Assembly (NCBI GenBank): GCA_965219345.1
Contig: OZ244732.1
Coordinates: 1,152,001 to 1,216,000, forward strand
Source of the DNA: Nitrosopumilus sp.
GTDB lineage: Archaea > Thermoproteota > Nitrososphaeria > Nitrososphaerales > Nitrosopumilaceae
Direction: 5' to 3'
DNA: 64,000 nt
The position numbers and the translations under genes were made by a program. The notes under the pieces are model-generated. The model made no database searches. It worked only from the letters and a program-made list of their open reading frames with translations, and had not been told where the DNA came from. Below are positions 39,772 through 50,067 of this stretch, piece by piece (positions within the stretch are counted from its first letter, which is position 1; every line of letters begins with the position of its first letter).

Positions 39772-40887
39772 ATGGTTGGAATCGATCAAGTTCTTGAAAA
39801 ATTAAGTACGGTCATTGATCCTGATTTGAAAAAAGATATTGTATCTATGGGCATGATAAAAGATATAGAACTTAATGAAGGAAGTCTGAAATTTACTTTA
39901 GAATTAACAACACCTGCCTGCCCTTTCAATGTCGAAATTGAAGAAGATGTTAGAAAAGCGATTGATGAAATTTCTGACTTGAAAAATTTTGATATGAAAG
40001 TAACTGCAAAAGTCATGGAAGGACGTTCACTTGATGCAGATACTGGAATGGCAACTGTCAAAAACATCATTGGTGTTGCTAGTGGAAAAGGAGGTGTAGG
40101 AAAATCAACCGTTTCTTTGAATTTAGCTTTGGCATTATCTCAAACAGGAGCTAAAGTTGGATTGTTAGATGCTGATATCTATGGTCCTAGTATTCCACTG
40201 ATGCTTGGAATGAAAGATACATTCATGCAAGTAGAAGAAAACAAACTTCAACCTGCTGAATCGAACGGGCTAAAGGTAGTCTCATTTGGTTTCTTTGCAG
40301 AGCAATCACACCAAGCAGCAATCTATCGCGGTCCAATTATCTCTGGAATATTAAAACAGTTTCTAGTTGATACTGATTGGGCTGATCTGGATTATCTTAT
40401 TGTAGATCTTCCACCAGGTACGGGTGATATTCCATTAACACTTGCACAAACAATTCCAATCACGGGTATTCTAGTCGTTACAACTCCACAAGATGTTGCA
40501 AGTAATGTAGCAGTCAAAGCAGTTGGAATGTTTGAAAAACTAAATGTTCCACTTATTGGGGTTGTTGAAAACATGAGTCACTTTATTTGTCCAAACTGTG
40601 ATGAGAAGCACTACATCTTTGGTGAAGGAGGTGCAAAGAGAATTAGCGAACAATTTAACATGCCTTTCTTAGGTGAAATTCCATTAAACTCTGGAATAAT
40701 GTCTGGTTCGGATTCAGGTAAACCAATCATGATTACAAATCCTGATTCTCCAAGTGCAATTGCTTTTCGAACAAGCGCAAAAAATATTGCAGCACAATGT
40801 AGTATACTTGCAGCAAAACTACAAGAAGAGATAGAATCTGAAGCATCTGAAAAAGAACAAGCACCAGAGGCAAGTACTTCTAACTAG
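39772..40887 (+). CDS. mrp: Mrp/Nbp35 (ApbC) Fe-S cluster carrier ATPase
   Basis: DUF59 N-terminus (LTTPACP), SGKGGVGKST, DLPPGTGD, ENMS..CPNC. Confidence 0.92.
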   Translation: MVGIDQVLEKLSTVIDPDLKKDIVSMGMIKDIELNEGSLKFTLELTTPACPFNVEIEEDVRKAIDEISDLKNFDMKVTAKVMEGRSLDADTGMATVKNIIGVASGKGGVGKSTVSLNLALALSQTGAKVGLLDADIYGPSIPLMLGMKDTFMQVEENKLQPAESNGLKVVSFGFFAEQSHQAAIYRGPIISGILKQFLVDTDWADLDYLIVDLPPGTGDIPLTLAQTIPITGILVVTTPQDVASNVAVKAVGMFEKLNVPLIGVVENMSHFICPNCDEKHYIFGEGGAKRISEQFNMPFLGEIPLNSGIMSGSDSGKPIMITNPDSPSAIAFRTSAKNIAAQCSILAAKLQEEIESEASEKEQAPEASTSN

Positions 40888-40898
40888 CCACGATTCCT

Positions 40899-41393
40899 GT
40901 GAAATTACCAGATTCCTTGAGAGACCAATTGAAGATTCCTTTAGGAATACTCTTGCCTGAAAGTCAAGCCAATAAAACAAATATTGAAAAATATTTTTCA
41001 GAAAATTCCTATGTAATTACAGTTGGTGACCGAACAACTGAAAAAATGATTGAGTTTGACTTGATTCCCTCTCTGCAAATTATTGATGGTAAGGAAAAAA
41101 GAACAAAAAGAGAACCTCCAAAACTAGCAAATACTGCTGAATTAACTACAGACAACCCTGCAGCAGAAATTACTCCTCAAAGTATCGACATAATTAAGAA
41201 GGCCTTTACTATGCAGCCTCCTGTACGACTCAGTGTTAATGGCGAAGAAGATCTTCTGGTAATACCAGTTTGTATTTATGCTCCTGAAAATGCTATAATT
41301 TTGTATGGCCAACCAAACGAAGGGCTGGTTATAGTCAAAATCACTCCAGAAATTAGAAATAAAACACAAAAACTACTTGATTCAATGGAATAA
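40899..41393 (+). CDS. GTP-dependent dephospho-CoA kinase (DUF359)
   Basis: VGD..T, DGKEKR, NPA, GEEDL, YGQPNEG. Confidence 0.88.
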   Translation: MKLPDSLRDQLKIPLGILLPESQANKTNIEKYFSENSYVITVGDRTTEKMIEFDLIPSLQIIDGKEKRTKREPPKLANTAELTTDNPAAEITPQSIDIIKKAFTMQPPVRLSVNGEEDLLVIPVCIYAPENAIILYGQPNEGLVIVKITPEIRNKTQKLLDSME

Positions 41394-41395
41394 TT

Positions 41396-41454
41396 GGGGT
41401 ATGATGAGACGGTGGCTGTATGATTAATGATTACACTACTAAAACTCTGACCCC
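41396..41454 (+). ncRNA. box C/D guide sRNA
   Basis: GGGG, C box ATGATGA (41401), 12-nt guide, D' ATGA, C' ATGATTA, 13-nt guide, D box CTGA (41447), CCCC closing stem. Confidence 0.85.
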
Positions 41455-41545
41455 GTTAATTCATAATTTTGAAGAATCAAAATAAACCAAATATCTTACA
41501 ACAATTGACATTTCCAGATAAACGCATATTTCATGATGTTCTGAT

Positions 41546-41908
41546 GTGAAGCTAGATCCTGACCTTACATTGCAAATTTTAGAGAAAGTTGGAATTTATT
41601 CAAATAGATTTTCTATTCCAGAGCCCAAGATCTTGTTTGTTACAAAAGATGTACTAAACATGCCACGTGAAATAACAGAAGGATGTAGAACCTCTGCCTA
41701 CAAATATTATGGTGTATCTTACCTTCAACACAATCTAGTTTTTCTTAATATCAGAAAAATCCCTGATGAGAAAACTCTAGAAAATACCATTGTTCATGAA
41801 TTGATCCATATGAGATTTCCATATCTTGCTCACGGTAAAAGATTCAACAAATTGGTAAGGCAAGGACTTGGAGGAAAAACATTTTCACCATACAAGAAAA
41901 GAAAGTAA
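41546..41908 (+). CDS. small HExxH zinc-metallopeptidase-like protein (SprT/YgjP-like)
   Basis: TIVHELIH......HGKRF motif. Confidence 0.65.
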   Translation: MKLDPDLTLQILEKVGIYSNRFSIPEPKILFVTKDVLNMPREITEGCRTSAYKYYGVSYLQHNLVFLNIRKIPDEKTLENTIVHELIHMRFPYLAHGKRFNKLVRQGLGGKTFSPYKKRK

Positions 41909-41958
41909 ATTTCCCTCATTGATTTATATTTCCCAGACTAGGGCAACCTGAGTATAAC

Positions 41959-43998
41959 ATGGAGATTCCAGAAATTCTGCCATTTGTTGCGGGCATTGCA
42001 TCATTTTTAGTCGCTGGCGGCTTGGTTGCATGGATTATGAAACAACCTGCAGGAACAAAAGAGATGATGGATATTTCAAATGCTGTCAAAGAAGGTGCAG
42101 CAGCATTTCTAAAACGAGAAATGATGATTATAGTTCCAGTTGCTATAGCATTATCATTAATTATTGGGGCATTTCTTCAACCATCAAATGGAATCGCATT
42201 TGCCGTTGGTGCAGCACTTTCTGCAGTTGCAGGAATTATTTCATTAAAAATTACAGTAAAAGCAGCAGTTAGAGCTGCAAATTTGAGCAGTAGTGGATTA
42301 GGAAAGACATTTGCTATGGCCTTTAGAGGTGGAGCTACAGTAGGGCTTGCAGTTCCGGCAATGGCATTATTGGCAATCACTGGTCTTTACATGATTTATC
42401 CAGATCCAATCACAATTGCCGGTGTTGGAATTGGTGCTAGTCTAATCGCATTATTCATAAGAATTGGTGGTGGCATCTTCACAAAAGCTGCAGATATGGG
42501 CGCAGACTTGGTAGGAAAAGTTGAAGTAAATATACCTGAAGATGATCCTAGGAATCCTGCCACTATTGCAGATAACGTGGGTGATAACGTTGGAGATGCA
42601 GCAGGAATGGGATCTGATGTTTACGAATCTTATATTGTTACAGTACTTGCAGCATTGTTAATTGCAGCATTAATTGGTGCACCAAACTTTTTCCTCTACC
42701 CAATTTTGATTGGTTCTTCTGGAATGATTGCATCAATTATTGGTGTTGTAATTGTTGGCTCTAAGAATATAACCGATGTAATGAAGCCTCTTAGTCGTTC
42801 ATTTTATGTTTCAGCAGCTATTGCAATTGGATTAAACTATGTATTTATTACACAATTCATCGGTGATTCTCCAACATCATATGCTTTGTTTGGAAGTACA
42901 GTAATTGGCGTGATTTTAGTTCCTGTAATACAAAAGATCACTGACAACTATACAAGTTACAAAAAAGGACCTGTAAAGGAAATTGCAGACTCTGCAAAGT
43001 GGGGATATGCATCATTAACTTTAATGGGAATTATCAAAGGTATGCAGTCAACAGGACCATTTATGATTTCATTGGTAATTGCAATCATTGTATCCTATAG
43101 CATTGCATCTGCTGCAGCACCTGAAGGTGCAGACCCCGTACTTTATGGAATCTTTGGAACAGCTCTGACTGCAATGGCAATGTTAAGTCTTGCCGGAATT
43201 GTCCTAAGTATTGATGCATTTGGCCCAATTGCAGATAATGCCGGTGGAATTGTTGAGATGACCGGAATGGGCGAAGAAAATCGTAAAGTTACAGATGAAA
43301 TTGATGCAGTTGGAAATACAACTAAAGCAGTTACCAAAGGATTTGCTATTGCTAGTGCTGCATTAGCTGCCCTGGCAATGATTCAGGCATTTCAGTTCGA
43401 AGCATCTCATATCTTTGAAGGTGTATTGGAATTAGATTACAGTTTAACAAATCCTGCAATAATTGTTGGATTGTTAATTGGTGGTTTGATCCCATTTATC
43501 ATTACAGGCCAACTCATTAATGGTGTTTCAAGGGCTGCAGGAAAAATGGTGGATGAAGTTAGACGGCAATTCAAAGCCGATTCTGGAATTCTTGAAGGAA
43601 CATCAAAACCAGATTATGCTAAATGTGTAGATATTGCTACTGTTGCTTCAATTAAAGAGCTTTGGAAACCGGCAATTGTCGCAATTCTTGCTCCAATAAT
43701 TTTAGGAATATTGTTGGGTCCGACTGCTGTAGCTGGATTATTAATGGGCGCAGTTATTACCGGAATCTTGTTGGCATATCACTTGGCAAATACTGGCGGT
43801 GCATGGGATAACGCAAAGAAACTAGTAGAGATGAAAGGTGAAAAGGGTTCTGAAATACATAAAGTTGCAGTTGTAGGTGACATTATTGGCGATCCTTACA
43901 AAGACACTGCCGGACCTGCACTTAACACTGTCATTAAATTACTAAACACAATTGCCATTGTCTTTGTATCTGCCTTTGTTGCAATACTTGCTATCTAA
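41959..43998 (+). CDS. hppA: membrane-bound H+-translocating pyrophosphatase, K+-independent type
   Basis: GGIFTKAADMGADLVGKVE, EDDPRN, DNVGDNVGD, GNTTKA (Lys at the K+-dependence position), GDPYKDT. Confidence 0.95.
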   Translation: MEIPEILPFVAGIASFLVAGGLVAWIMKQPAGTKEMMDISNAVKEGAAAFLKREMMIIVPVAIALSLIIGAFLQPSNGIAFAVGAALSAVAGIISLKITVKAAVRAANLSSSGLGKTFAMAFRGGATVGLAVPAMALLAITGLYMIYPDPITIAGVGIGASLIALFIRIGGGIFTKAADMGADLVGKVEVNIPEDDPRNPATIADNVGDNVGDAAGMGSDVYESYIVTVLAALLIAALIGAPNFFLYPILIGSSGMIASIIGVVIVGSKNITDVMKPLSRSFYVSAAIAIGLNYVFITQFIGDSPTSYALFGSTVIGVILVPVIQKITDNYTSYKKGPVKEIADSAKWGYASLTLMGIIKGMQSTGPFMISLVIAIIVSYSIASAAAPEGADPVLYGIFGTALTAMAMLSLAGIVLSIDAFGPIADNAGGIVEMTGMGEENRKVTDEIDAVGNTTKAVTKGFAIASAALAALAMIQAFQFEASHIFEGVLELDYSLTNPAIIVGLLIGGLIPFIITGQLINGVSRAAGKMVDEVRRQFKADSGILEGTSKPDYAKCVDIATVASIKELWKPAIVAILAPIILGILLGPTAVAGLLMGAVITGILLAYHLANTGGAWDNAKKLVEMKGEKGSEIHKVAVVGDIIGDPYKDTAGPALNTVIKLLNTIAIVFVSAFVAILAI

Positions 43999-44183
43999 TC
44001 TTTATCTTCAACAATCAATGTCATATCTAATTCATCAATCTGGGCATGTATTGCTTTTTTCAAAGTCTCATTATGTGAATTACAGAATTTGAAATAACCA
44101 TCAGCTGTTTGAAAACACCCGCAAATCCATTTTGTTTTCTTGTCTCCTTCCACTGTCCACTTTGAGTACTTGTGTTCTGACAT
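43995..44183 (-). CDS. small Cys/His hypothetical protein
   Basis: 62 aa with CGC...FCNSH. Confidence 0.55.
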   Translation of the reverse strand: MSEHKYSKWTVEGDKKTKWICGCFQTADGYFKFCNSHNETLKKAIHAQIDELDMTLIVEDKD

Positions 44184-44242
44184 GCTATCTCTACGTCCAT
44201 TAATCTAAAAAATATAGTCTTTTAGAAAAAGAAAAAAAGTGT

Positions 44243-44500
44243 TTAAGGACAGCCTTCCATTTTTTGGATAAAGTAGCCGTTTTCCTTAATTGCCTGTTCA
44301 ACAGGCTCTGGCGCATTTTGCGAATGGCAGAACTGACATTCGTTTGTTGTCATTTCTGCATTTTCTTCGCCAACTGATTTTAACCACTCTTTGCCATATG
44401 TGAGGGCTTTATCGTGGTCTTTTTCACCAGTAATGACATCAAAGTGCATGGTATGACCATCTGCTGCTTTGACATAGGTATCGTATACGTGAATTTCCAT
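44243..44500 (-). CDS. DUF2024-family protein
   Basis: VYDTYV..DG.TMHFDV, CQFCH, MEGC. Confidence 0.8.
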   Translation of the reverse strand: MEIHVYDTYVKAADGHTMHFDVITGEKDHDKALTYGKEWLKSVGEENAEMTTNECQFCHSQNAPEPVEQAIKENGYFIQKMEGCP

Positions 44501-44555
44501 GATTATTATTAAAAAAAGGGATATTTAATTCAAAACATCTTCTTGAAATCTTGAA

Positions 44556-44948
44556 TTATTTCTCTTCAATTGGAATTTCTATTATATCTGATTCAAGAAA
44601 ATATGCTTTGAAATCCTTGTTAATGCCAGAATAAATTATCCATACCACTGGATTGCTGCGCATGAATTTTTTGTCTGTATTTGATGGGTATGCGTCTGAA
44701 TTAGGATGTGAATGAAAGATGGCTATAACTTCGACCTTTTTTTCTTCTGCAGTCTTATATCCCTCAATTAACTGCTCATTTGAAATTGTGAAACTAACTG
44801 GCGATTCCCGGATATTTTTTGTTAAAAATATCTCTGAGACAAGGTTGTCATTGCCAAATAGCATAGCACATGACTCATTAGGTTTCTCAGTTTCTGCATG
44901 TTCGGTCAGTATTTTTTTGTCTGATTGTGATAAGATAATTTTCTGCAA
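44556..44948 (-). CDS. JAB/Mov34 (JAMM) metalloprotease
   Basis: PNESCA, FHSHP....PS.TD. Confidence 0.88.
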   Translation of the reverse strand: MQKIILSQSDKKILTEHAETEKPNESCAMLFGNDNLVSEIFLTKNIRESPVSFTISNEQLIEGYKTAEEKKVEVIAIFHSHPNSDAYPSNTDKKFMRSNPVVWIIYSGINKDFKAYFLESDIIEIPIEEK

Positions 44949-44950
44949 AT

Positions 44951-46081
44951 CTATTCTACGTTAACTGTTCCAATCATCCATGGATGGAATGTGCAATAGT
45001 AATCTTGACTTCCTGCATCTGTAAACGTAAATTCATACTTGTCTCTTGCTACCATCACTTCTGAATCAAACATTTCACTTGGTCCTCCAGTTGGATCCCC
45101 TGCAGTTACTGTATGTACTGTATTGTCTAGGTTTTCCCAGGCAACTGTAGTGCCAACTGTTACATCAATTATTTGGGGATCATAATGGATTTGTCCTTCT
45201 TCGGGGATTCCTGCTCCTTCTGGAATTGTTACTCTGATTGGCTGTTTTGGTTCTTCAATACTTAATGTTGCAATCATCCAAGGATGTATGATGCACAAAT
45301 ACTCGTATTCTCCTATTTCCAAACTAGCTGTATCTAACGTAAAGATATCTCCTGCATTCATTATGCTAGAATCAAATGTGTCTCCAAAGTCTACTGCACT
45401 AGTAACTGTATGTGCAACTGAGTCTGCATTTGTCCATTCAATTGTATGCCCTTGTGTAACAACTGCAGCATCCGGTTCATAATCCGGATTTCCTTCTTCA
45501 GCTGATCCTTCCAGAACTTGAATTGCAAAGATTGACCCTGTCGACATTGCTTCTTGAATTGCAAAGATTGACCCTGTCGACATTGCTTCTTCAATTGGTT
45601 CTTCAACTTCAACTTGTTGAGGAATCATGTATGCGTCAGGACTCACGAATCCAAATGCAAACCACATGATAATTCCTGTTGCTGCAGCCATTCCAACGAT
45701 GGCACCAACTGGTTTTACTATGGTTGGGTGCTTCATTGCTAGATATGCTATGATGATTGCCGGGAACCCAATGGCCATTAAAATTCCTGCTAACGTAACT
45801 GTAAAGTCTGATGTATTCATGATTGCTAAAGCGTACATTCCAAATGATAATGAAATTCCCAAAACTACCAAAGTAGTTGCCTTTGCCTTATTGCTGGTTG
45901 AAATACCTCCATCTAAGATACCCACTGCTAAGAAAATCAGTCCTACAAACATAGTAAGACCAGATAATGCATGCATACCATCGATGAAAGTATGTGCAAT
46001 GCCCGCATAAGCTAATACGACACCAGCTAAACCTATAGCTGTTAATCCCATCCCTGGCATCATGAGGTCCCAGTTGCTCAT
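44951..46081 (-). CDS. membrane protein with two plastocyanin-like cupredoxin domains
   Basis: About 5 TM helices, then HTVT...YLCIIHPWM and HTVT...YYCTFHPWM. Confidence 0.88.
   Translation of the reverse strand: MSNWDLMMPGMGLTAIGLAGVVLAYAGIAHTFIDGMHALSGLTMFVGLIFLAVGILDGGISTSNKAKATTLVVLGISLSFGMYALAIMNTSDFTVTLAGILMAIGFPAIIIAYLAMKHPTIVKPVGAIVGMAAATGIIMWFAFGFVSPDAYMIPQQVEVEEPIEEAMSTGSIFAIQEAMSTGSIFAIQVLEGSAEEGNPDYEPDAAVVTQGHTIEWTNADSVAHTVTSAVDFGDTFDSSIMNAGDIFTLDTASLEIGEYEYLCIIHPWMIATLSIEEPKQPIRVTIPEGAGIPEEGQIHYDPQIIDVTVGTTVAWENLDNTVHTVTAGDPTGGPSEMFDSEVMVARDKYEFTFTDAGSQDYYCTFHPWMIGTVNVE
45518..45589. repeat. perfect in-frame 36-bp tandem duplication (EAMSTGSIFAIQ x2)
   Basis: TTGAATTGCAAAGATTGACCCTGTCGACATTGCTTC at 45518 and 45554. 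Confidence 0.95.
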
Positions 46082-46174
46082 TCAACGTAGCTGGCAGGGC
46101 TGAGATACTTATTCCTTTTGAAACATTATGGATCACATGGACGAAGAAATTAAATGGCTTTGGAATAGGGTAGA

Positions 46175-47068
46175 GTGAGATTGGGATTTAAAGAAATAAT
46201 GGAGATATCCAAACCCAGGATAGTTGTTCTTCTAGTTATTACTGCAATAACTTCAATGTATGCAGCAAGTAAACTGGTTGATGGTGTCCCGGAACTTGAT
46301 AATTGGTTATATCTACACATAATTATTGCAGGTGCATTGGCATCTGCAGGATCCAGTGCTCTAAATCACTATTATGACAAAGACATTGATCCTAAAATGA
46401 CGAGAACTAGTACAAGACCTATTCCATCTGGACGTATGGCAGCATCTCATGTATTCATTTATGGATTTGTTGTAAGCTGCGTATCTGTAATCTATGGTTA
46501 CTTTACTCTAAACCCTGTATCTGCTTTCTTTATTGCTGTTGGCATATTCTCTTATGTGATTATTTATACAGTTTGGCTAAAACGTCTAAACTCTTCCAAC
46601 ATTGTAATTGGAGGAATTGCTGGCAGTGCTGCAGCTTGGGCTGGATGGTCTGCAGCTACTGGCAGTATGGATTTGTTAGGATTCTTAGTTGGATTCTTGG
46701 TCTTTGTTTGGACTCCTTCTCACTTTTGGTGTCTTGCAATGAAGATTAAAGATGAGTATGCACAAGCTGAGATACCTATGTTACCTGTTGTAATTGGTAT
46801 GCAAAAAACATCAAAGTACATTTTAGGAAACACGATAATTTTAATTCCTTATTCTTTGACACTTTCATTTATTCCCAATGGTTTGGGAATTGTTTACACT
46901 GTAATTGCGCTGGTCTCTGGTGGACTGATGCTTGCATATCACTACAAGCTAACAAAGAATCCTACATCTGAATTTGCTTGGAAAGCATACAAAGTTACTG
47001 CTCCATATCTTACAATAATTTTTGTAGCAGTAGCATTGGATGCTGCATTTCATTTCCCTCTGTTCTGA
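46175..47068 (+). CDS. cyoE: protoheme IX farnesyltransferase (heme o synthase)
   Basis: KPRIV, N.YYDKDID..M.RT..RPIPSG, YT.WLKR, WTPSHF. Confidence 0.93.
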   Translation: MRLGFKEIMEISKPRIVVLLVITAITSMYAASKLVDGVPELDNWLYLHIIIAGALASAGSSALNHYYDKDIDPKMTRTSTRPIPSGRMAASHVFIYGFVVSCVSVIYGYFTLNPVSAFFIAVGIFSYVIIYTVWLKRLNSSNIVIGGIAGSAAAWAGWSAATGSMDLLGFLVGFLVFVWTPSHFWCLAMKIKDEYAQAEIPMLPVVIGMQKTSKYILGNTIILIPYSLTLSFIPNGLGIVYTVIALVSGGLMLAYHYKLTKNPTSEFAWKAYKVTAPYLTIIFVAVALDAAFHFPLF

Positions 47069-47072
47069 GGCA

Positions 47073-47369
47073 TTATTTTTCAAAACCTGGGAAACTTGCT
47101 TCATAATCTTTTTCTACCATTTCCTTATTTTGCTCTTCAATTTTGTCTTCCTCTTTTTCAACTACAACTATTTCTATTCTACGCTCATCTTTTGTAATCC
47201 ATATTACTGTGATGAGGCCAAGAACCTCTAAATCTAAAAGTATTTTGTTGAATTTGTCTTCAGGAAGAGTATATCCTTCTTTTACTAAGATTTTAAAAAG
47301 CTTAACATCCGTTAAGGAATTTGCCTCCTTGATCTTGTCATATACTGTATTTCGTATTGGAATTGTCAT
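47073..47369 (-). CDS. conserved archaeal hypothetical protein (wHTH-like) coupled to cdc48
   Basis: FNKILLDLEVLGLI.V motif, 2 bp downstream of cdc48. Confidence 0.7.
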   Translation of the reverse strand: MTIPIRNTVYDKIKEANSLTDVKLFKILVKEGYTLPEDKFNKILLDLEVLGLITVIWITKDERRIEIVVVEKEEDKIEEQNKEMVEKDYEASFPGFEK

Positions 47370-47371
47370 TT

Positions 47372-49540
47372 TTATCCGTAGAATGTTTTATCCCCTGTCT
47401 TAGGTACAACGTTAGATATACTTTCTCTTATAGTGTTGTACCATTGATCAACTTCCTTAGTTATAGATGGTTTGACCTGCTTCAAACTACTTGCAAAATC
47501 TTGACTTGAAATTTTTGACGAATTGTTTTTCATTGCTTGAACTGCTGCTTCTCTACAAAGTGCTGCTAAATCTGCACCAGTATAGTTTTGTGTGGCTACT
47601 GCAATCTCTTGTAATTTTACGTCATTTACTAGTGGCATCTTTTTTGTTAAAATCTTAATAATTTCTAATCGTCCTTTTTCATCTGGAGGCTCTACATATA
47701 GAACTAAATCTAGTCTTCCCGTTCTTAGCAAGGAATTATCCAAAACATCTGGTCTGTTTGTAATTCCAATTACCACAACTCGTGAAGAAATACCTTCTTC
47801 AATCTCTGTTAGCAATTGACTTAGAACATTTTCACTTGCTCCTCCTTCTCCTGACTTGTAACGTGCCAGTGAATCAAGTTCGTCAAAAATTACTACACAT
47901 GGCGCTGCTGCTTTTGCTTTTCTGAATATTTCTCTAACAGCTTTTTCAGATTCTCCAATCCATTTTGAAAGGATCTCAGGACCTCTAACTAGAATCATAT
48001 TTGCACCAGTTTCAGTTGCAAGCGCTCGTCCAAGCAATGTCTTCCCACATCCTGGAGGACCATAAATCAAAGCTCCTCTTGGCGGTCTAACTCCCATCTT
48101 TGTAAACTTGATTGGCTCCTTCATTGCTACAATAAGATTGTCTGTTAATGATTTTTTTATATAATCTAACCCTCCAACGTCTTTCCACCAGACTTTAGGT
48201 CTTTCGACATAAAATTCCCTCATTGCCGTGGGAACTACCTCGTGCATTGCATCGTAAAAGTCAATTAACTTGATCTGCATTGATTGCAACACTTCAGAAG
48301 GAATCTTTTCTGTTTCAAGATCTATTTCCGGCAGGTATCTCCTAATTGACTTCATTGCAGCTTCCCTACAAAGTGATTTGATGTCCGCACCTGTGTATCC
48401 GTGTAGTTCTGATGCCAAGTCTTTCAGATCTACATCATCACTTACCGGCATTCCTCTTGTGTGAATTAAAAGAATCTCTAACCGTCCGTCTTCGTTTGGT
48501 ACAGATATTTCAAATTCTCTATCAAATCTACCTGGTCTTCTAAGTGCTGGATCAACACTTTCTGGTCTATTTGTAGCGCCAAGTACAATTACATTTCCTC
48601 GGTCGGTAAGACCATCCATTAGTGCTAACAATTGAGCAACAACTCTTTTTTCAACGTCACCATAAGCCTCTTCTCTTTTTGGAGCAACTGCATCAATCTC
48701 ATCAATAAAGATTATGCTTGGAGAGTTATCTTTCGCTTCTTTGAAAATTTCCCTAATTTTCGCTTCGGTTTCACCATAATATTTGTTCATTATCTCTGGA
48801 CCATTTATTAAAAACATGTTAGCTTCTGATTCACTGGCAAGAACTTTTGCAAGCAATGTCTTTCCACATCCTGGAGGTCCGTAAAGTAAAATTCCACTAT
48901 GTGGCTCAATCCCTAGTCTTGTAAATAACTCGGGATGTCTTAATGGAAGCTCTACAATCTCTCTCATTGCTTTAACTTCCTGCCTAAGTCCTCCAACCTC
49001 CTCATATGTCACTCGAACTTTTCTATCAACTGCAGTTTCTGTTGAAATTTTAAGATTTGTAGTTCGATCTATCTTTACTACTCCTTTTGGAGAGGCCTTT
49101 GTAATTTTAAAGTCCATAGAATTTCCTAATATCATTACAGAAATTTCATCACCATGAGTAATTGGCAATCCTTTCAATCTGTTTTTAACAAAATCTGTAA
49201 ATTCTTTATCTACTGTAACGGAATCATTTACAGGTGTTAAAGAAATTGTTTTTGCAATCTTTGATACCCCTTTTCTAATTTTTACAATATCATTTAGTGA
49301 TGCTCCGACATTTTTTCTTGTCTGTCCATCAACTCGTATGATATCTGGAAACTTTTCATCTTCATCAACTGGCCAAACAACTGCACAACTGGATCTTGAA
49401 CCCATCACTTCAATTATGTCGCCAGGAGTAACTTTGAGAAAATCCATGGCTTCAGGTCCAATTCTAGCTCGTTTTTTACCAACATCCCTTTGCTTTGCTT
49501 CTCCAATCCGCATTTGCAAAGGCTCTTCTTTGCGTACCAA
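47372..49540 (-). CDS. cdc48: CDC48/VCP-family AAA+ ATPase
   Basis: N-domain plus two AAA modules (GPPGCGKT x2, DEID/DELD, RPGRFD). Confidence 0.95.
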   Translation of the reverse strand: MVRKEEPLQMRIGEAKQRDVGKKRARIGPEAMDFLKVTPGDIIEVMGSRSSCAVVWPVDEDEKFPDIIRVDGQTRKNVGASLNDIVKIRKGVSKIAKTISLTPVNDSVTVDKEFTDFVKNRLKGLPITHGDEISVMILGNSMDFKITKASPKGVVKIDRTTNLKISTETAVDRKVRVTYEEVGGLRQEVKAMREIVELPLRHPELFTRLGIEPHSGILLYGPPGCGKTLLAKVLASESEANMFLINGPEIMNKYYGETEAKIREIFKEAKDNSPSIIFIDEIDAVAPKREEAYGDVEKRVVAQLLALMDGLTDRGNVIVLGATNRPESVDPALRRPGRFDREFEISVPNEDGRLEILLIHTRGMPVSDDVDLKDLASELHGYTGADIKSLCREAAMKSIRRYLPEIDLETEKIPSEVLQSMQIKLIDFYDAMHEVVPTAMREFYVERPKVWWKDVGGLDYIKKSLTDNLIVAMKEPIKFTKMGVRPPRGALIYGPPGCGKTLLGRALATETGANMILVRGPEILSKWIGESEKAVREIFRKAKAAAPCVVIFDELDSLARYKSGEGGASENVLSQLLTEIEEGISSRVVVIGITNRPDVLDNSLLRTGRLDLVLYVEPPDEKGRLEIIKILTKKMPLVNDVKLQEIAVATQNYTGADLAALCREAAVQAMKNNSSKISSQDFASSLKQVKPSITKEVDQWYNTIRESISNVVPKTGDKTFYG

Positions 49541-49548
49541 AAAATCAC

Positions 49549-49830
49549 CTATTTCATGTCAACTGACATTCTACTCATATTGAGGACTTCTAATTCACTA
49601 ACGCCCTCAGTTGATTTAACAGAATTTTCTAATGAGTCCATTTGTCCTTCCTTATCATCTAAGATGAATTCTGCTTTTAGAAATTCTAATCCAAACGCCA
49701 ATGGTTCTTTGACATGTCTTTTCATCGTTATTCCTTCTTTTAGTGATAACTTGATAAATTCTGCTAGTTTATCCAGATCCACCTCAGTGTCTTTAGGAAG
49801 AATTTTTGTAATTAACAGTAATTGAGCCAT
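49549..49830 (-). CDS. ef1b: translation elongation factor EF-1beta
   Basis: [20 protein letters not shown]. Confidence 0.9.
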   Translation of the reverse strand: MAQLLLITKILPKDTEVDLDKLAEFIKLSLKEGITMKRHVKEPLAFGLEFLKAEFILDDKEGQMDSLENSVKSTEGVSELEVLNMSRMSVDMK

Positions 49831-49834
49831 TTTT

Positions 49835-50014
49835 TCAAGGTCCCTGAAAATTACATGAAGAACAAGTGTAGTTTCTTGCTGCTTCTCTGCAACTTTGACA
49901 TCTCCAAATTAAATCAGCACCACAATCAGGACAATTGAATTTTACACATTTATCATTAGGCATAACATGTCTGTGACAGCAGCTACATGTAGGTAATGAA
50001 ATAGTAGATGACAT
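49835..50014 (-). CDS. DUF1610 / HVO_2753-like zinc-finger protein
   Basis: CSCC...F.CPDCG..IWRC..CR....Y.C..C.F.GP, upstream of EF-1beta. Confidence 0.88.
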   Translation of the reverse strand: MSSTISLPTCSCCHRHVMPNDKCVKFNCPDCGADLIWRCQSCREAARNYTCSSCNFQGP

Positions 50015-50067
50015 ACCCCGATTTTCTGTCAACATCATTTATACCTTCCTTAGAATTTGAGCACATT

